A DNA stretch of 64,000 nt from the human T2T-CHM13v2.0 reference genome, Homo sapiens: the NCBI RefSeq assembly GCF_009914755.1, contig NC_060942.1. The stretch is one strand, 5' to 3'. The translations under genes were made by a program, and so were the position numbers. The first letter of the stretch is position 1; each line of letters starts with the position of its first letter. The notes beneath the pieces were generated by a model. That model worked only from the letters and a program-made list of their open reading frames with translations, was not told the DNA's origin and did no database searches. Of this stretch, positions 13,611 to 30,059 are shown piece after piece.

Positions 13611-16600
13611 GATAGCCTCCTAACCTGCTTCATAGATGAATGTGTATATAACATACTTACATAATAGCAAATAATTTACAGTTCTTTATCTTTCTTTTGA
13701 TAGCTTTTTCCTACTATCTTAAGAACCAGAGAGCAGGAAGAGTCTTAAAACTTCGGTGGTCTTGCTTAGACCTTTGGACCATCAATGTTTCAGGCTTATA
13801 GAAAGTTCCCACTAAAAAAAAAGTGTTGAACATAATCTCAGTGATGATACTTATGCCAGATATCAAAGGAGCAGCTAATTCAAGAAATGTGACTTGGATC
13901 ACATTATACACTATAGTAATAATTTATGATGAGACGGGAGAGAAAGACCTCCTGGTCCCATTGCTGAGAATCATTGCCATGGTGAATCACCCCATAATGA
14001 TGGAAGCCTGTTAAATTCCTCCACGGTGATGGTGTCCACAAAGAGGCAAAAAATCACTGGTTTACAGGAAGTTAGACACAAGGTTAAAATACATGGCTTA
14101 GAGTGTCTCTGTGATGGCTTCTCCTTATCTACTGCAAATATGGGACATAAAAATCTGATGATGGCAGGCAGCGTGTGGAAGTATCCTCCGGCCACAGGGT
14201 GGGCTCTTCTGTTGACGTCTATCTGTGTTGTATGGCAAAAGTCCTGAACTGAGAGTCTAATTTTAGACCTTTTGATAAAAAACGCTCCCTAATTATACAT
14301 CTTTACAATCCCATAATGATGTACATAAACACACAAATGACAACATGTAGGATGAGAATTATAAAGAGAATTACAAAGACCAAAAATCTTCTCAACGTCA
14401 TTGGGTTCATGGCCTTACTCCTGAAGATTATAAACAATCCAAAAAGACATCTTTATTTGGCTCCTAAAACTCAAAGAGTGGGTCCGAAAATTCTCTTATG
14501 ATTGCCAACCTTTACAATGTTAACTTCCCAAAGAAATTCAATTTTCAAACAAAGGCCAAGGAAAATCTCTTTTTTACTTCATTTTAATGTTTGGAATATG
14601 TGTTAATTGGCAATCATCATTAAAAGTAGGCATGGAATTTGGGTTTTGAGAATATTAACACTGCAAGTAACTTAAATTTTTTTTTGGTCTATGATTTAAA
14701 ATGTCTTAAGGGCGATATAGTTCTGGGGGAGTTAGTAAGAAGTTAGCATGACTTGCAATGATTTATAATTAGTTTGGAAAATGATACAACGAGTTTAACT
14801 CAGAGCATTTGGTTATGCTACAATAAAATAAAATGTTGCATCAGTATAAATTGAAATTCTGGAATCCCAGGCAAATACTTCCAAAAACTACATTGCATGT
14901 AGAATCTACAGAATTGTATAGTCAACCCATTTCAGGGAGTAATGCAAACACTCACTCATTTACCATTCCACCAGTATTTATGGAATGTCTACTGGGTGCC
15001 AGATGCCATTTTCAGGTCAGAGAGCAAGAAAGCAAGCAAGCAACCTTTATCTGGTGCTCATCATCTGTCAAGAATTACATTAGGTGCTTTCTCATGTGGT
15101 ATTGCATTAATACAAACAAAAACCCTTCTAAGTGGGTGTTATTGTTCCCACTCTATTGATTACCACAGCTCAGGGAGGTTAATGATTTGACCAAGGTCAC
15201 AGACTCACTTAAGCACGTCAAAAGATAACACAGAGCCCACCAGGGCAAGCAAAATAAATAATCAAAAAGCTGCATCTTTTTGTCACTTGCCAGTGAAGAA
15301 ATGCACGAAAGAGTTTACTGAGGGGGAAAACATCTGGGGTTTGAAGTGCTGGAGGGGGGAGTTTAAGATGGTTCCACTAATCAGTCACTGGGCACTAGCA
15401 CTCTGCATAGAACAAATGAGTTCTTCGGTCTGTGCACAGTTGGTTAAAATAAGACTAACTGTTGTTTAGGCAGGAAGGAATCCTCACTTAGGTCAAATAA
15501 GAGTCTGACACATGGAGGAGAGGGGTGGACACTTAAAGTTCACGGGCCTTTATCAGCCTCCACTGGTTAGAACCAGTGATGAAACACAACAGTTTTGCTA
15601 TCTCTTAGGCATGGGCTGGTTCAAGTGGAACATTTTCCTTTTATAGCTGCAAAGGCAAATGACTTTAAAATCCCCATATAGATAAGGTAAACATTAAAAA
15701 TGTTTCAAGACTGAGTGACTGAGAGAAATTAAAATACTCACATGGAAGTAAATGGACAAAATTCTGAAGGAAAAAAAATATCTGGAAAAAAGCTGACTGC
15801 GGCACAGGCAAGAAACTTCAGACACAAAAAGAAATGGAAGGTGGGAGAGAAGAACACTATTATCTCACCCTCTATAGCTCCCGGCATTAAAATAATTGAA
15901 TAAAATAGTGATAAGGTGTCAACATATTACCAAACAACTGCTGACAAGTAAGTCAAATATACCCGTGCAAGCTTTATGTAAATTACATTACGACCTGATT
16001 TTCTTCCCCAGTGAAATATCGTTATGACGGTAACTATCTTCACAGGTGAAACGATGTGGAAAACTAAGTAGATTCCATGGATTATCACAGCCCCCCCACC
16101 AACAAAAAATTTGCTAAAAGCTTTTTCTGGATTGAACCATAAACCTAATACAAATAAAATAACTTGGGGACTTTCAGTATACAGATGAAGGATCTCTGTT
16201 CTCTCTCTTCATATACTATACATTTTAATCTTACTGGTAGCCAGTTTTCTACTTCCCACAAGGGAGAGGACTGAGTCCCCACTAAAAGGGAACAGTCATT
16301 GTTTCTGCCCCTGTGGCTTACTGTTAATGCTGACATGTCAGTTTCCTTTAACATGCTACCTGTTTTCAGAATTATGAATGAGCTATAGGTTCACTCTTTG
16401 ATGTAAAATTACACTTCTATTTTAGAAACTGTGACTGTTGAAATCCTATCACAACTTATTTCCCGTTACAAAATTATGGCTTATTCTTTTAGGAAAATGT
16501 GGCATATACACACTTCAATTAGACTTGATTCCACAAATTCTTTCATAAGAGGGGTCTCTCTTGGGAAACAGACTCGGTTACTAACAACACTGAGCCTTTA

Positions 16601-16645
16601 CTCTAATGTCTTTTAAAAGGACATATTTTAAAATAATGAAAGTTT

Positions 16646-16955
<310 letters not shown>

Positions 16956-17663
16956 TTAAAATAATGAAAATATAATATAATATTTAAAGTTACAAAAAAT
17001 ACGGAAAGTGAAGATGTCAGAAGCTATGAAGGAAGTACTGTTGGAAGAAGGGAGGATGCAGATATGCAGAGGAACAGGGCTTCAGAAAGATGGAGCACTG
17101 GAAATATGAAATAATTTCCCGTTGTTTTGATGCAATCCAGTTACATTCCTATAAAGAGAAACACATTTCTTAACCCTTCCAAGCCACTGTCTGTCTTGGG
17201 AGACAAAAGTATAGCCATCTAAATGCATGTTGGGTTCCATGTTTTCACCTCGAGTTCCAATTTCTTCTTGCAAAAAACAAAAAATGTGACCACTTGGATA
17301 AAGATCAAAGCCACTCTATCTCAGCATGACCTATTAATTCATCTCAGAGAAAACATAAAAATAGGTAATTTGGTTGAGAATATGGTGGCAGAGCATCAAA
17401 ATCCTTCCCTAGTTTATGACACATCATTTTGAAATGTCCTAAAGAATATTATTTGTTTTAGGATAAATGTACACATAAAGTAAATACTGCAAAGGGAGCC
17501 AAGTATTTGATTTTTTAAAATCCTTGATTCAAATCCTGGCTCCATCATATTTTAACTGTGTGACCTTGAGCAGATTACATAAACTTCCCATGCTAACCTT
17601 AATAGTATTCAACTTTTAGACAAAAAAGCCAATGAGAATTCCATTGATTAAATCCGTCTATAA

Positions 17664-18222
<559 letters not shown>

Positions 18223-20599
18223 CTATAGCATTTTTGCATGTCAGTTCTTTTTTTTTTTTTTTTTTGCATAGTACTAATACATACTTGGTATTCAAATCTT
18301 TATCATTGTTATTAGTAGAATATCAATAACTTTCCATTTCCCTAAAACGAAATATAGAAAATTTGTAATCAGCCAGGAAGAATAAATATTAAGATGACTT
18401 ATCTAAAATACTGTGTCACTTGCATGAAGTGACAGGAATGATGAAGGAAAAGTCATATGCAAATCATATGCACAGTGAAAGTATTTAATAACTGGGAGGG
18501 GATGGGCACTGACCAGTTCAGAACACATGCTTTTACAGCCCACTAATGTGTACCCTGGCCACGAGTGTTTTGAGAATAGCATGCAAAAAGGGAATGACAA
18601 TGTGCTAACCCAATCCCTAGTGAAACTTTCCTTTTGTGAAATCAGAATCTTTCAATAACTAATATATAACAGTGTTTGCAGGTTGGTAAAAATGAATGAA
18701 TAACTTGGGAACATCATTAACAAAGCATGCTTTAGCCAACAATAAAAGTGTTGAAAGTGGTCTCCACAGTTATGTCCAGATTCAGCCATCTGTTAAGTTT
18801 GCTTAAAAGGCAGAATAAATTTATAAAGCGATTATTTCAAGCAATCAAATATACCATAGTTAGATTATACAGCTTCATTCTCTAACACTTAAAGTCCGAT
18901 AGTTGGGCTTGATTGCCCACATTAGGTCTGGTTCCCGAGACTGGCAGAAGTCCACAGAGATCCCCTGGCTCAAGAAGAGATTTCTTGACTCAGAAAAGTG
19001 GCGGGTTTGTTCTCAAGTGGCTTTCTTGTACCTGTGCCCCCATCCTTCTGTCTAGGCATCTTGCCTGGACTTTAGATTTAGCTCCAGACTGTATACTCAG
19101 ATTTTTTTTTAATAACTTGGCTGCTTAGATTGCTTCTCCAGATTTTAACTTTGTTAATGTCAAAATGGGTCCAATTCTGCAAGCTTAATCAATTGATTAC
19201 CCTTATGTCTTCTAAAGTCATATTACCAGTGGTCATCTAATAAGCTGTGGCTATGAGCCTAGCCATACTGGTCCAAGCCAGTAACACCTCCTGCCTGCTA
19301 CAGACCAGTGAGACTAAATAAAATATCTATCATATGACCTCTATCACAGTGCATGAGAGCCTGAACTCTCGAGTCACATAGACCTAGGTTTGAAAACGGA
19401 CTAACAGCAGTGTCCATTTCATGGAGTCATCAGGAACATTATAAAGGACATGCAAACTAAGAGAGTAGCACAGTGCCTGACACAGAACAAATATGCAACA
19501 ATGCTAGCATTTATGAATGCTATCATCATTTCCTGAAGACATCAGAGATCTCTAAGGATGACAGTGAAGTTATCGGGAGTATACTGGTTCAATTAAGTCA
19601 CAGATAGAGTTGCAAACTAAGTTAGAAATTCAGGAAGAGGGCCCACAGCAGTTCAACTAACATTCTATGAGTGTTGCCAGGTGCCAACTGTCCTAGATAC
19701 TGAAATAAAAAATAAGTATGACAAGTCCTTGCCTTACAGAGCTTAAGGTCAGGACCAAGAGTGGACATAAAAGCTCAAAACAGAGGTAGACTGGGAATGC
19801 TGTGGGGGCACAGAGCAGAGAAACTTGATTTAGCCTGGGACTCTAAGACAAGATGTCTTGAGATGAATCTTGATGGCTAAACAGAATTAGGTGAAGAAAT
19901 GGACTACGTTAAAAAAGTGTGAGAGTGTGGTACAGGTGTGCAAGTATAGGCAGTTCAAAATGCAAAGTGGAGGGGTAATGAGAGAACAAACTGAATTGTC
20001 AACCCTTGAAGTTCGCAATCCTAAAAGCCAAACCCCAGGTCATAGGAACTGTGGGTTCTTACCCCATCTCAGGCACTTGGACTTGGCGGAATGTGCTTTC
20101 TGTGTCACCAAGACTCTAGGGATCTCATCTACATCAATATTGAAACTAATTTCCACAACTCACATAAAAAAATCAACTTCATTGAAAAAAAGTCAGTGGA
20201 CACTCATATGGTAATTATATCTAGGTCTTCTGGGTTCTGAAAACCTAGGCCACTAAGAGGCACTTCTATTATAATTCCCTTTATCATGAAATTGTATGTG
20301 ATTTCTTACATGTGCCAGTGCTGGATCCTGATCTAGAAGACTTTAGTATCACAGAAAGTACTAGAAGCTTTCTTCAGATAAAGGAAAGCTGCTTTCCCTT
20401 GCTTTTGGTGAACCTTACATTCCGTTTCTCATGCCTATACAGTGTTGTATTTCATGAGCTGTGCCTACTGTATCTCCTCTGTGCCAAGGGACCTACTTCC
20501 CTATGACATACCTGGATTGGTCAGAACAGTGCAACCCATTGTGGGTGAGGTAAAAAGGGTTCTCATACAATCTCCAAAAACATTCTCTAAATTCAAGTA

Positions 20600-21015
20600 C
20601 CTAACCTGGGTTTGTTAAGACTTCCAGCTGATCACTTAAACCATTTATTTTTCTTTCTAGACACACTGAAGGTTATTTCCCAGGGAATTAGGAGTGGAAG
20701 GGATGTGTGCCACTTCTAGGCCTGGCCCATAAAAATCTCCCAAAAATCATCCTCCATGCCCTGTTGTCATGTAGTGATTGCATGGATTTAAGGGTAGGGT
20801 GATCCTAGAAGTCACATGTGAAAGATGGGAGAGTCTTTGGCGCTTAGGTCCCTGAATGACTGTGTAGAGAGAAGCAGACCTCCTTTCTCCATCCCAAATG
20901 CCCACGACCTGAAACCCAGTTAATGTTAAGAAACCAATAAATACATTTTCAACTAGACTTAGGTCACTGAAATTTTAGAGTCTGTTACAGCGGCTAGCCT
21001 ATTTTAACTAATACC
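20600..21015 (+). mobile_element. MLT1-family LTR relic
   Basis: tgtgtgccacttctaggcctggcccataaaaa, ggtccctgaatgactgtgt, ctgttacagc...actaatac; boundaries approximate. Confidence 0.6.
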
Positions 21016-21164
21016 TTTGGCTAAACATATTTGTGTGGCTACTTCTCTCTCTCTTTTTTTCTCTCTCATTTAAGCAATATAAAACTGTCTTAGAAAATCA
21101 CCTCCTCTTTGTACAAACCTGTTTTTGTTAATCTAAGACTTACTTATTACTGTATAATTCAATC

Positions 21165-21480
21165 AGGGCCTGCAAAATAAGTATCTATGAAGAATGGGCT
21201 GATAACATATATCAAGAAAGCTGGTCTGGTACAAAGAATAAAAATACTGGAACATGCTTGTCCTGCTTAAAGAGGGAAAATCTCTGTTTAGTTCCCAACA
21301 ACTGTCATGTCAGAATGCAGGCCATGTTTCCAGATCTTTCTGCTTTTTGAAAGGATTAGGAAACAAGAATTTTATGTGAATATTTTCCATTTTTAATTCT
21401 GCAAGCTCAAGAAAACATAGTCATGGACTACGTGTGAACAGATTCTCAGTTTATAAAATGCTACTTTAAAGTGACACAGA
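21165..21480. mobile_element. MER102-like hAT relic, opposite orientation to the copy at 13425
   Basis: ccagatct...ttttatgtgaa...atttttaa motif. Confidence 0.45.
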
Positions 21481-21530
21481 ATCCATCTTCCAGACATGTC
21501 CCCCAAAACACAGGGGTTGGTATGAGGTAT

Positions 21531-21893
21531 TGCTACGCTCTGAATGTCTGTGTCCCCCACTAAAGTCACATGCTGAACCTGAATTCCCAATACAATAGTA
21601 TTAAGAAGTGGGGCCTTTACGAAGTGATTAGGTCATGAGGGTGGACACTTCATGAGTGGGATTAGTGCCGTTATAAAGAATACCAAGGGAGGTTGTTTGC
21701 TCCTTTCATTGTATGAGGACACAGCAAGAAAGGCGCCTTATATGAAGCACAGAGTAAGCTCTCACCAGACACTGATCTGCTGGTGCCTTGATCTTGGACT
21801 TCCCAGGATCTAGAACTGTAAGAAATAAATTTGTCTTGTTTATAAGCTACACAGTTTATGAAATTTTGTTATAGCAGCCTGAACAGACTGAAC
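21531..21893 (+). mobile_element. MLT1A-like MaLR solo LTR
   Basis: tgaatgtctgtgtcccc, ggtgccttgatcttggacttc, aataaattt, ttttgttatagcagcc. Confidence 0.85.
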
Positions 21894-22328
21894 TACTTTC
21901 TTTGTGATTTCAGAACCATCTCAGATCAAACAAAAAACAAAAAACAAAACACCCCAATGAACCAGGTGTCAGTCAGTCTTTAAAACTTAAAAAAACACAT
22001 TTCAGAATTCAGGCAGAGTGTTCTCAGTCCTGGAATGGGAAACCTATATAGTGTTCTCTGAGCCTAAGGGGTGCTGGGCCTTACCTGGAGAGACTGAGAA
22101 GAAAACGGAGCCAATTGTCATGCTCCAGTCAGCAACAGACTTGAGTATGAGAAGAAAGATCTGAGACATGGTGGATCACAAGGGCCAAGAACCCAAGAGT
22201 GATCAAGAGAAAACTGATGTGGAATCTTTCCACAGCCACGTAGCCTTACTGTCACAACCTCCTTTGCCCAGCATCAGCTTCAGTCTCTCACAAGTTAACT
22301 CTGCCTGACAGAAAAGTCCTCATCCCTT

Positions 22329-23170
22329 TGATGCAGGACATTTTCTTGACCTCTTTGTGGGACTGGTGACAGGGGTGCCCCATTTACTCAGCCTGCTGAG
22401 CCAATTCCTTGTGGGAGGGAGTGCACAGGTGAGTGAGCACGGGAACCAGCCGGCCACTTTGGCACTGGCAGAAGCAAACTCCGTGCAGGCCCTGTGGTGG
22501 CGTCTAGGTGGGGTGCCTGCCACCCCAAGGCCCCAGAGGGCGTGTTACAATGCTCTCATAGCTCTGCTGTCCGCAGACAGCAGTGTGTTATCAGCTCAGT
22601 GGGCCATTTGCCTTGTTGCATGGGGTGGCTGCCCCCTGCCAGTGTGGGCAAGAGGTCCGTGTGACAGCCTTTTGGGTACCCACACTTGGTGGGTCTTGAA
22701 TTCTTGTCTGGTACCCAAGAAGAATGAGGTCATGTGGACAAACTGAAGGATGGTGAATGTGGAGAATTTTATTGAGCAATGAAAGCAGCTCTCAGCAGAG
22801 AGGGGAGCTGGAAAGGGGATGGGAAGGGCAGGTCGCTCTCCCCTGAAGTCAAGTCACCTCTCTGCCCCTCTCCTCTGCAATCAAATGCCTCTCTCTGACA
22901 TCCAGCTGCTTCTCTCTTCTACCGGCTGAGTCTGGGGTCCTTATAGGGACAGAATCGGGGGCAGGGCAGGCCATAGGTAGTTTTGGAAAAGGTAACATTT
23001 GATTGGTAAAAAGACATTATTCAGAAGGAACCAATCATGAGAGAGCAGGCAAACAGGGACAGAAGTACTCACTTTGGGCCATAGGTTCCAGGCGTTTCAG
23101 CTTTAAGGTGGGGCTTTGACAAGGACCCGTCCCTGTCTGCCTAGAGCTTCTCTGCCTCCTGCCTTTATCA
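22329..23170 (-). mobile_element. ERV1 solo LTR (LTR27/MER52-related), 842 bp
   Basis: TG...CA termini with a perfect 4-bp TSD cctt; minus strand begins tgataaaggcaggaggcag and contains CCAAT, TATA-like and AATAAA motifs in U3-R order. Confidence 0.85.
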
Positions 23171-25169
23171 CCTTGAGGCTGGCATTGCTCCTTGAACCAG
23201 AACTCATGGTCTGAAGGGTTCCAGTTTCTATCAATTATCATTTGTGACCCCAGCCAAGATGAATAGCAGTACCTCTTTTCATAGATTATGAGTTCTCACA
23301 GCAGCCCAAGGCCTTGGGATGGTTAATGTTTCAAGTCAAATTCTGAAAGCACAGGAAGCTGCTGGATGTTCCAGTTCTGCTTCAAGGATGGGAGAGCCTT
23401 CTGACAAATTCGCATGGCATTCCAAAAGGCAGTATTTTAGTTGCCTGGTTGAACATGAGCTTTGTCAAGGATGGTATAAGATATGATAGACACCATTTTC
23501 TTTGCACTGAGGCAGACAAAGATTTAATCTTCACTTTGCTACTTTCTAACAATATACGCCTATTTTACTGGACTATTGTGAAGGACAAATGAACTAATGT
23601 ATATTTCAATAACGAAATAATGTACTTAGTACAGTGCCTAACACAGGGTACACCAAATAACAGCTTTTGCTATTAGTATAGAGAATGAAACTGCATTGTG
23701 TCAGGTGATGTAGGGAGAGGTTTAAAGTGAGCACCACTGACTGAGCACCATTTATACACACTTGATAAATGTTTGTAATTAAGTCTAAGCCTTAAAAAGC
23801 AGAAGGCTAACAGTTTCTCTTTCCTATCCTGGGGCTGAAAGGGGATGGTCCCAGGGAAAGTGAGATATCGGCTATATTGTACATTCACCCTGATTTTATT
23901 AGTGACGCTGATATGGAAAGAACTTGATACAAAGATCATTGAAAGCGATACCGTATCTGCAACCAACCCCATTGGCCAAAAGGGCACTGAAGGACATTTA
24001 CTAATGAGGGTAATTAAACATGCCTTACTAACCAGCAAAAAAAGCCCTGCTGTTAGCAGTGAAAGAGATAAAGAAAGAACTTCACTCTCTGAAAAGAGAC
24101 TAGATATGATACTAAAAGTGTCTGTTCAACCGCTAACAGCCCTGTGTGGAGATAACACTCTCAACAGAACACATCTAATGCTAGTTTCAAATATGGGCCC
24201 AACCTAGCCTCCTGACAATCTAAGCCACAGCAGAAGATCCACGAACTCTAATAAATCTCTGTTATACACAAGGTAAGAAAAAATATATCGGAGTAGTTGT
24301 TTCTTTTTTTTTCTTTTTCCCATTTTACCCCCTTAGGCACCTCTTAGTTATTTTGTTAAAGAAATTAGCAACCTGTACCTTGACATAGAACTTATACAGA
24401 CAGAGACTCCAATCAAAGACAGGTAAGATAAGAACTACCCTTGTAAAAGACTACTTTGCTTTGTTTTCTTTGTAATCAGTTAGCTGCTGGTATGGATACT
24501 TTGTCTTGGCAGGAAGAATAGGAATCTCAGCTGAGCCAGTTTCAGGCTAATTTTCTGGAGACTGCTGTACAGACCTGCCTTGCTGTAAACACAGTCATTA
24601 CCTGGCATCCAGCAAATACTTAAACTGATCTCTGAGATCTACACAACTTTTAAAGCTCAATAAACAACATGTGGTTCAGTTTACAATGGAATACTATTCA
24701 GAAACAGCAAAAATTATTCTTTAAGACTGTCCAGCTAAGACATGAAGCAGATCAGACCAGCACCTCGTCATCACCAGCCATTCACACCTGAAGGTACACA
24801 CAGGCTCCATAAAAAAAAAGCAATGGATAATAAAGATCAATGAAAACTTGTCCAGAACACAGCATGGCACCAGTCCCATTTCCAAGGCCTATTATTGTAG
24901 AAAGAGAGTATCTTCATAAAAATTATGAATTAGATTCCATTGCCAAAAATTCTTACTTCACACTACAAAGAAACAGAATTTCTAACAGGCAGCCACATGT
25001 AAATTATGGAAAATAGAACCCAGTGTATTTCATACCGCTGAACTTCTCAGGAACTGACCATGATTTTAAGATTTAAAGTAAGAACATCTATTTAGAAAGT
25101 GGAGTACTTGTAGTAAGTACACTTAAAAAATAAGATAAATGGTTTATTTTTCTTAAAGAAAAAGTAAAA

Positions 25170-26830
<1,661 letters not shown>

Positions 26831-29800
26831 CTTAACCCTACAGAAAGCATCTGCTTCTGGTTGGGATAAAGTCATGAGACCATTATTCAAACTCTAATGC
26901 CAAGAACAAACCAGCTAAGTTCCCAATCAAAGCTTTTTGAAACCATAAGATAGCAGAGAACAAAATAAAGCCTAACTGAATGAAAATATAGAATCAGACA
27001 AGCCCTTTCTAGGAGAAGATCCACAGCTGCTTTTATCCCTGAAGGAAGAGTGAGAGGAGGAAGACAGAACTCTGCCTTTAAAAAACGTAAGGATAAATCA
27101 CCCAAACTTTGAAGGAAACTTAAGTCACCGTGAGTCAACAGGCTGGATGAATTCACATCCTCAGGGAGTCTGCACCCACCACTGACGCTTTCTCATGGGC
27201 CTTTACCTAGTGTATGAGGGGGTAAACCAAAGGTTGGGTGCAGCGCTGAAGAGCTGTCATGCTAAGGAAGAAGTTCCAAAAGGTGGATTGGGATGTTAAA
27301 GCACAGACAAGACACCGTTTAGGAATCTGTTGTAGGATGGAGGTAAGTGAAGGTAGAGGCCTTGGAAATGAGGATAAGTGAATGGATTTCATGAACCAGT
27401 TTAGAGATAGAGGAGAAAGAGCCTTGGTGTGGCACTCCTACATCACATATTTTATTCTGTTATGAGGTTAAAAATTAGATGCATAAAAACCCCATTATAT
27501 AATTTTGTCACAACTGTCTAGAATGAGAACTGCATGGAGAAATCACGGAAGCTCTTGGTCTAGACTAATATGCTATCAAAGAACCCAGAGGCTACAAAAA
27601 GATACCACAGGAAGATTGGTACCAAATTAAAAAAATTAGCCCCAGAGTACGATACAGATAGAATTCCAGAAAAATCTTTGGACTCGTGGGGAAGTAGATA
27701 TGAAGCACATTTATGTCCAAGAGTTTGGCTGGGGTCAAAAAAAAAAAAAAAAAAACCCCAAAAGCCAAAAGCCAACAAGCTTCAGAGATTAGGTAAAGAG
27801 GAAGTTGTAGATTTATGATATTATTTTAACAAATCTTACAATAGATGAGTTTTACCACTTAATCTCAAGCATCAATCTAAGTGGATAAAGTCAACAAATA
27901 AAATAAGTCTTTCCTAACATAACTATAACAATACGGCCATATTAAACAATTTATTGGACTGGTGGGGAAAGGAGAGGAAGATTCAGATTAGGTGACATTA
28001 AATACCCCACGGTCCAGTCCCTATACGAGAATTTTCTTGGTTCTTGCCTCTGAGCCTCCAATTTTGGGCAGCATCCAGTTACTACCGGTGGTCTTACAGT
28101 TATTACTACTTTTACTGAAGCCTAATTGAGCTGGGTTTTAGGTTTATGCCTTTGTAAAGTATGCAAAATTACACAAAAAATAAAATACTGGAAGTAGACG
28201 ATTTATGAGAGAATGTGATCAATATGTTTGTTGATCTTGAAAATAGCCTAGGAAAGTGAAAGGATAGATTAATTAAAGAATTAAGCCAAACATGAATTTT
28301 AATATTCAGAGACATTTATAAGCAAAACACCCTAAGGTATATTTATAGAGCCACTTTAATTAGGCAGTATTCAAAACAGCTTTACACATGAGTCAAGTTT
28401 TCAACGTACTTTAAATATGCATCTCTTCTAAATGAGAGAGCTGGGGTATTGTAAACCAAGCATGGAACCTGGAATCAGAACATGAGGCCTTGAGTCCTGG
28501 CTCTGTGGGTTACAAACTCTGAAAGTAAATCATGCAACTTTTTTCAAATGTAAAATGGAAAACTCTAAGGGGCTGCCACAAAGTTTATACAATAATGGAT
28601 GTAAATGTGCTTTGTAAAATGAAAAGTGATATATCATTTCCTCAAAGGAGTGAAGCAAGGGAAAAATATGTTCATGAAAATTTGCTTTTATTCAATTAGC
28701 AGCCTTATCAATAATATCTGCATATATACTTAAGAGAGTACATTTTAACTTACTGATACTGATGCAAAACCAAAGAATCCTGGGTTCTCTTTCAGACTGT
28801 TATCCCCGACATTTGCATTAGCCAGTAGAAATCAGATAACTATCAAATGTATCTAAGAATTACCTGTCATAGTGATTTCTCATGGATTACATTAATATCG
28901 CCCATATAATTTCAAGAGAAACTGTATCAGAATAGTTTAGCCTGTGAATTCAGAGAAACCTGAATGCAAACTCTGCATCTATTACTTCCTAAGTGCATGA
29001 TTTTGTAGAATCTAACCATCCTTAACTTGGTTTTATACCACAAAAGTGGAGATGTTCACAGTACTAGTATCACAAGTTTCAAGGATTTAAGAGAGAGCAG
29101 CACCTAATGTACTTAACAGAATGCCTGACATGTAGTATAGAGCTTACAGATGTTTGCTATGATAACATTGAAAATGTTGCTTCAGAGCAGATGGAGATTT
29201 TTGTTTTCCATTTATGGTCATTCTCATCCTTGAAGAGGTATGCAATCCCATACGCACATAGTGATATAGGTTCACATTAGTTAATGGCCAGAAGGAGATT
29301 CTGACATCTATTGAATAACCACCTCAAGCCAGGAACTATGACAGACACTATAAATACAAAGATGAACTAGATGTTAACTCTAACTTCAAATATTTCACAA
29401 GAATGTAAGACTCTTAAGGATAGATATTTGTTAACTCTGCCCATGGAGGTATCTTCAGGGATTAAAATAGTGCCTGAAATATTGGATTTCCTTGGTAAAT
29501 ACTTGGGGAATAAATAGTCTTAGTGGTTTTTCTACCATACATATAATTATCCAGATCCCAAAGTAGAAGATGCTTTTAATATATTTTGGATATCCAGTGA
29601 AGAGAAACTGTAAAGTATATTTATCATTACACAGATATAACTAGAATTGGGTTTAAAGCCTTTGAAACAAGGTGTTTTTTTTTTTTTTACAAAATAAATA
29701 CAATGACATTTGGTACTTTGAAAAAAAATTTGAGAAATATTCAACACACATAGGAAACAATTTACCAAATGACTGATAACAGGAGGGAAACCTGATACCA

Positions 29801-29864
29801 TTTTCTTACTGATGTATTAACACTTCCCACTATTAAATTTATACGATCATAAAATTTATTTTTA

Positions 29865-30059
<195 letters not shown>

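Noticed and set aside
22320-23241. GC-rich island with a 129-aa ORF
   Set aside because: It lies wholly within the ERV1 LTR and shows no gag, pol or env similarity.
23673-24207. Two overlapping ORFs of about 120 aa on opposite strands
   Set aside because: No recognisable domain or splice structure; lengths are compatible with chance in 64 kb.
28140-28175. SOX-OCT-like composite ctttgtaaagtatgcaaaat and scattered ATGCAAAT octamers (e.g. near 18457 and 39024)
   Set aside because: Spacing is non-canonical and such motifs are expected in AT-rich DNA; they cannot be supported without conservation or chromatin data.
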